This document shows, piece after piece, positions 58,718 to 64,000 of a DNA stretch of 64,000 nt (position 1 is the stretch's first letter; every line of letters starts with the position of its first letter). Location: assembly GCA_051313645.2 (NCBI GenBank), contig JBNRSN020000008.1, forward strand, positions 169,198,001-169,262,000, in the 5' to 3' direction. The stretch is from Centroscyllium fabricii (taxonomy: Eukaryota). The notes under the pieces were generated by a model. That model saw only the letters and a list, made by a program, of their open reading frames with translations, was not told the origin of the DNA and ran no database searches. Position numbers and translations under genes: made by a program.

Positions 58718-59814
58718 ACAGACAGAAGAGACTGACTTAAAGATCACACATATCGGAGGAAGGGAGAAATCCGACCTCTTCCACATCTCACCCCAGCAGA
58801 GACTGAGAGCACACAAAGGCACATTAACATATTTTAACACCTCAGTCTGCGAGCAATGAGGCACAGTCGCAAGGGGGGTCAAATGCTGCAAAACACACAG
58901 AATGATTTAAAAAAAGGAATTTCCTTAAAAGACAAAGATGTCCCTAGTCCGGATGACTCTACGTCAGGCGGGACATCAAAGCAGTCCAAGATTTTCCAAC
59001 ATATCAAAAGGGTGCAGTCACAGGGTCAAATGTTAGTCTGCTGTAAGTCCCACAGAATAATTTTTTTTAAAACCATGATTTTTCTTACTTAAAATCGCAG
59101 AAGCAGCCTTCCAACATTGATTTTGAAATGAGGAAATTGCCATGTTGGGGGAATAGTAAACATGCGTCTTACTGCTCAAGGTATGAGGAATTGGAGAAAT
59201 GATCAGATTTTATTTTCTAAGTATCACTTAACCCGTTTTAATTTTACATAAATATAAAGTTAATACTGATTATTAAAACTACATTTTTGGGAATTGGAGG
59301 TTGCAGTGGGTTATCGCACCATATATTCATCCCTGGAACTTGTCTTCAGTCTAAACTAATGTGTCTTCTCTCTGTACGGGTTCTATATGAACTGACTTAG
59401 GACAGCCTCAACTCAGTTACGAATGACCAGGAATCCATGGCATAAAGGTCCCCCAAATCTGGCACAATGCTGAGGCAGTTGAGGAAGATTTGCTCCGCTT
59501 CTAATTGTGCTATGTCTACCTCGGAGTGAGTGATGCTGGTACTGGGTGCCGAGTGAAAGGTAGGTTACTCTGAGCACTGACATCGCTCAGCTTAATGAGT
59601 GCAAACATGGATATTTCTTTGAAATGCATGTTCCAAGGCACAACTCGCAATGTTAACTGAGTGCGTCATAAACAGAGTGGGAAGTTGAGAATTTAGTGAG
59701 AGTGGGTCTCTCTGGTAAGCTGGAGAGCAGGTCAAATTGAAATTTAGTCTTAACATTCAGAATTTAACTTTGAATGTTAAAAATTGCAAGACAGTTAGCA
59801 GTTGAGAATTTTGT

Positions 59815-61603
59815 GAGAATGGTGAAGTCATAATGGGGAACAAAGAAATGGCAGATGAATTGAATAAGTACTTTGGTTCGGTGTTTACTGAGGAGGACAT
59901 AAACAACCTTCTGGAAATAAAAGGGGTCAGAGGATCTGGTAAGACGGAGGAGCTGAGGGAAATCCTTATTAGTCGGGAAAAGGTGTTGGGGAAATTGATG
60001 GGACTGAAGGCTGATAAATCCCCAGGGCCTGATGGTCTGCATCCCAGAGTACTTAAGGAGGTGGCCTTGGAAATAGTGGATGCATTGACGATCATTTTCC
60101 AACATTCCTTAGACTCTGGATCAGTTCCGATGGAGTGGAGGGTGGCTAATGTAACCCCTCTTTTAAAAAAAGGAGGGAGGGAGAAAACAGGGAATTATAG
60201 ACCGGTCAGCCTGACATCGGTGGTGGGTAAAATGATGGAATCAATTATTAAGGATGTCATAGCAGACCATTTGGAAAGTGGCGACATGATAGGTCCAAGT
60301 CAGCATGGATTTGTGAAAGGGAAATCATGCTTGACAAATCTTCTGGAATTTTTTGAGGATGTTTCCAATAGGGTGGACGGGGGGGAACCAGTAGATGTGG
60401 TGTATTTGGACTTTCAGAAGGCTTTCGACAAGTTCCCACAAAAGAGATTGGTGTGCAAAGTTAAAGCACATGGGATTGGGGTAATGTGTTGAAGTGGATT
60501 GAGAACTGGTTGGCACACAGGAAACAAAGAGTAGGAGTAAATGGGTACTTTTCAGAATGGCAGGCAGTGACCAGCGGGGTACCGCAGGGTTCGGTGCTGG
60601 GGCCCCAGCTGTTTACATTATATATTAATGATTTGGACGAAGGGATTAATTGTAGTATCTCCAAATTTGCGGATGACACTAAATTGGGAGGCAGTGTGAA
60701 CAATGAGGAGGATGCTAGGAGGCTACAGAGTGACTTGGACAGGTTGGGTGAATGGGCAAATGTATGGCAGATGAAGTACAATGTAGATAAATGTGAGGTT
60801 ATCCACTTCGGTGGTAAAAATAGAGAGGCAGACTATTATCTGAATGGTGACAGATTAGGGAAAGGGGAGGTGCAACGAGACCTGGGCGTCATGGTGCATC
60901 AGTCACTGAAGGTGGGAATGCAAGTGCAGCAGGCGGTCAAGAAAGCAAATGGCATGATGGCCTTCATAGCAAGGCGATTTGAGTACAGGAGTAGGGAGGT
61001 GATGCTACAGTTGTACAGGGCCTTGGTGTGGCCACACCTGGAGTATTGTGTGCCGTTTTGGTCTCCTAACTTGAGGAAGGACATTCTTGCTATTGAGGGA
61101 GTGCAGCGACGGTTCACTAGATTGATTCCCGGGATGGCTGGACTGACATATCAAGAAAGACTGGATCAACTGAACTTGTATCCTCTGGAGTTCAGAAGAA
61201 TGAGGGGGGATCTTATAGAGACGTTTAAAATCCAGACTGGTTTAGACAAGTTAGATGCGGGCAGAATGTTTCCAATGTTAGGGAAGACTAGAACCAGGGG
61301 TCACAGTCTAAGGATAAAGGGGAGGCCATTTAAGACTGAGATGAGGAGGAACTTCTTCACCCAGAGAGTGGTGAATCTGTGGAATTCTCTGCCACAGAAA
61401 GTTGTTGAGGCCAGTTCGCTAAATATATTCAAAAGGGAGTTAGATATAATACTCACAACTAGGGGGATCAAGGGGTATGGCGAGAAAGCAGGAATGGGGT
61501 ACTGAGGTAGCATGTTCAGCCATGAACGCATTAAATGGCGGTGCAGGCTCGAAGGACCGAATGGTCTACTCCTGCACCTAATTTCTATGTTTCTATGTTT
61601 CTA
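59815..61603 (+). mobile_element. Relatively young, 5'-truncated CR1 (HER1-like) LINE
   Basis: ORFs 59833-60492 and 60486-61505 (one frameshift) cover RT: YLDFQKAFDK, SGVPQGSVLGP, FADD. Tail (TTTCTATG)n. Confidence 0.95.
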
Positions 61604-61689
61604 ATTCAGTGCAGATGAGGAAGGAAGTGCTCCTTTTCGTTGAACTAATTAGTTTAAAATAAACCAAGTAAATTAATTACATAAAACTT

Positions 61690-63570
61690 TAATTAATTAA
61701 ATATATAAAACAAGGTTACATGGAGATGCCAGTGCAGGAGGTATGCCGCATCAGCAGCATGTGGGAGTTTGTGGAGAGCAGTGGGGTCCCAGGCAACCAC
61801 ATCTGCAGTTAGTGTTTGCAACTTGAAGAACTTTTGAGTTGTTATTGAGCTGGAGTCCAAGGTGCAGACATTGCGATGCATCAGGGAGGGGGAAGAGTTA
61901 CCTGGACATTTTGACCCAGGAGGGGTAGTTACACTCCTTAGGTTAGGTAGTGGTTTAGATTTGGTTAGTGGTCAGGGACAGGAGGGTGTGATTGCGACTC
62001 AGACAGGTAAGGGGACCGCAGATGCAGTGGTGGAGGAACCTCAGCCTTTGCCATTGTCCAACATTCAAAATAAAGACTGTAGGGAGAATGGGCAAATGGA
62101 CCATGGCACTGTGGTATAGGAGGCCATTCAAGTCGGGGGGGGGGGGGGGGTGAAAAAGAATGTGGTAGTGGTATGGGCTAGTATAGTCATGGGGCTAGAG
62201 ACTGTTCTCTGCAGCTGCGACTGGGAGTCCGGAAGGCTGTGTTGCCTGCCCAGTGCCAAGATTAAGGACATCTTAATCCTGGGCAGCATGGTGGTACAGT
62301 GGTTAGCATTGTTGTCTCACAGCACTGGAGACCTGGTTTCAAATCCAGCCTCGGGTACTACCTGTGTGGAGTTTGCACATTCTCCCCGTGTCTGCGTGGG
62401 TTTCCTCCGAGTGCTCCGGTTTCCTCCCACAGTCCAGAGATGTGCGGGTTAGGTTGATTGGCCAGGATAAATTGACCCTTAGTGTTGGGGTGATTAAATG
62501 TGTGGGGTTACGGGGATAGGGTGGGATATGTATCAGTGCAGGCTCGATAGGGATATGGGGAGAGGGCAGGGGCGGGGTACTGGGATTGGATCATCAGCCA
62601 TGATCTCATTGAATGGCGGAGCAGGCTCGAAGGGCCGAATGGCCTACTCCTGCTCCTAGTTTCTATGTTTCTATCTTCTCGTGGCTGGAGAAGAACTTGG
62701 AGAAGGAGGGGGAGGATCTAGTTGTTGTGGTCCACATCGGAACCAACGACATAGGTAGAACTACGAATGAGGTTCGGCTGAGGGGATTTGAGGAGCAATG
62801 GTATAAATTAAAAAGTAGAACCTCAGGTAATAATCTGTGGATTGTTACCTGAGCCACTTGCAAATTGGCATAGGAACAAACAGATTCGAAGTTTAAATGC
62901 ATGGCTGGAAGAATGGTGTGGGAGGCTGGGGTTTCACTTCATGGGGCATAGCATTAGTACTGGGGAAAGAGCTGTTCTGTTGGGACGGACTCCACTTAAC
63001 CGGGCTGGGACCAGTGTCCTGGCGAATTGAATAACTAGGGCGGTAGATAGAGGTTTAAACTAATGAGGGGGAGGGAGGGTTCAGATGAGGGTAAATGTAT
63101 AAGTCTGAGGAGAAAAGTCAAGTTTGTAGAGCAAAGTAGCGATTTGGGTTAAATCAAGCGGGTTACGTCAGGAAGGAACAAAGAGTTTAATAACGGTAAT
63201 ACGGCATTAGCAACTAAGGTCACATCAGGGAAAACTAGTAAAAAGTTAAAATTAAAGGCACTGTATCGGAATGCATGAACATTCATAACAAGATAGATGA
63301 ATTCATGGCACAAATAGAGATAAATGGGTTTCATCTCATAGCCACTACTGTGGTGTGGTTGCAGGGTGACCAAGAACGGGAACTAAATATTCCAGGGTAC
63401 TTGACTTTTAGAAAAAAGATAAGCAAAATGGAGAAGCAGGGGGAGTAGCCCTGATAATAAAGGATAAAATAAAGACAGTAGTGAGAAAGGATCTTAGCCT
63501 AGATAATCAGGACGTAGAATCAGTATTGGTGGAGCTAAGAAATAGCAAAGGTCAGAAAATACTGGTGGGC
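61690..63570 (+). mobile_element. Degenerate CR1 5' region (ORF1 esterase and start of ORF2 endonuclease)
   Basis: VVVVHIGTNDIG (SGNH esterase motif), LPEPLANWHRNKQIRSLNAWL, then APE-like remnants at about 63255-63570. Confidence 0.8.
62281..62672 (+). mobile_element. tRNA-derived HE1-type SINE
   Basis: Collinear with 35150-35547, with A/B boxes and a CR1-like tail. Confidence 0.9.
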
Positions 63571-64000
63571 CTAATTATATGTTCAGCAATTTAATTTTCT
63601 TCAAAAACTAACGTGTAATATTTAATCATGTGAACATTTCAGATGGACTACTCAACTATTTGATCAGCACACATTATAATACATTTCTAATACTGACAAT
63701 AGTCATGAGGAAACAGCTGTACAATAAACATATAAACTGGCATAACATGAAATAAAAAAATTACTTCTACTTGAGTGCACCACTTGTGAAATATGTATTT
63801 GTATGTATTTTGATTTCTACAGTGCTCTGCTAGATATCTCACACATTGCACAATAGCCTTCAAGGTCACAGGTATTGAAGTATTTTACATAAACTTGATA
63901 TGAACTGATAATTACACAGTACATATGATTTTAGTACCTCAGAAGTGTTATTCATTGTATTAACTCTGACAGAGACAGAGAGGTCCTGATGTTTGTAAAG

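Overview
This is vertebrate genomic DNA, and its repeat families (HE1-type SINEs, CR1, Penelope, Harbinger) point to a cartilaginous fish. Two short minus-strand exons (37948-38046 and 29137-29250) encode part of a type-I diacylglycerol kinase, best matching DGKG; no other DGK exon was found, so the rest is probably intronic and is almost entirely transposable element. It holds five two-LTR Ty3/gypsy elements and one solo LTR, a two-gene Harbinger DNA transposon, Harbinger/Tigger/hAT MITEs, LINE and SINE fragments, Penelope fragments with hammerhead motifs, and three minisatellites. The main observation concerns four gypsy elements from three divergent families (A, B/C, E). None has a tRNA primer-binding site. 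In each, the 13-15 nt after the 5' LTR are the reverse complement of that element's own LTR poly(A)-signal region, with compensatory changes between families. The same four carry (Y)LDN instead of YxDD in RT, a hairpin over the polypurine tract, and YY1-like motifs in the gag-protease linker. Element C has an intact 1327-aa ORF and near-identical LTRs. The fifth element (D, CsRn1 type) has a normal tRNA-Trp PBS and YLDD, so it serves as an internal control. All calls were made by eye; no database searches were run, and the ends of LINE and SINE fragments are approximate.
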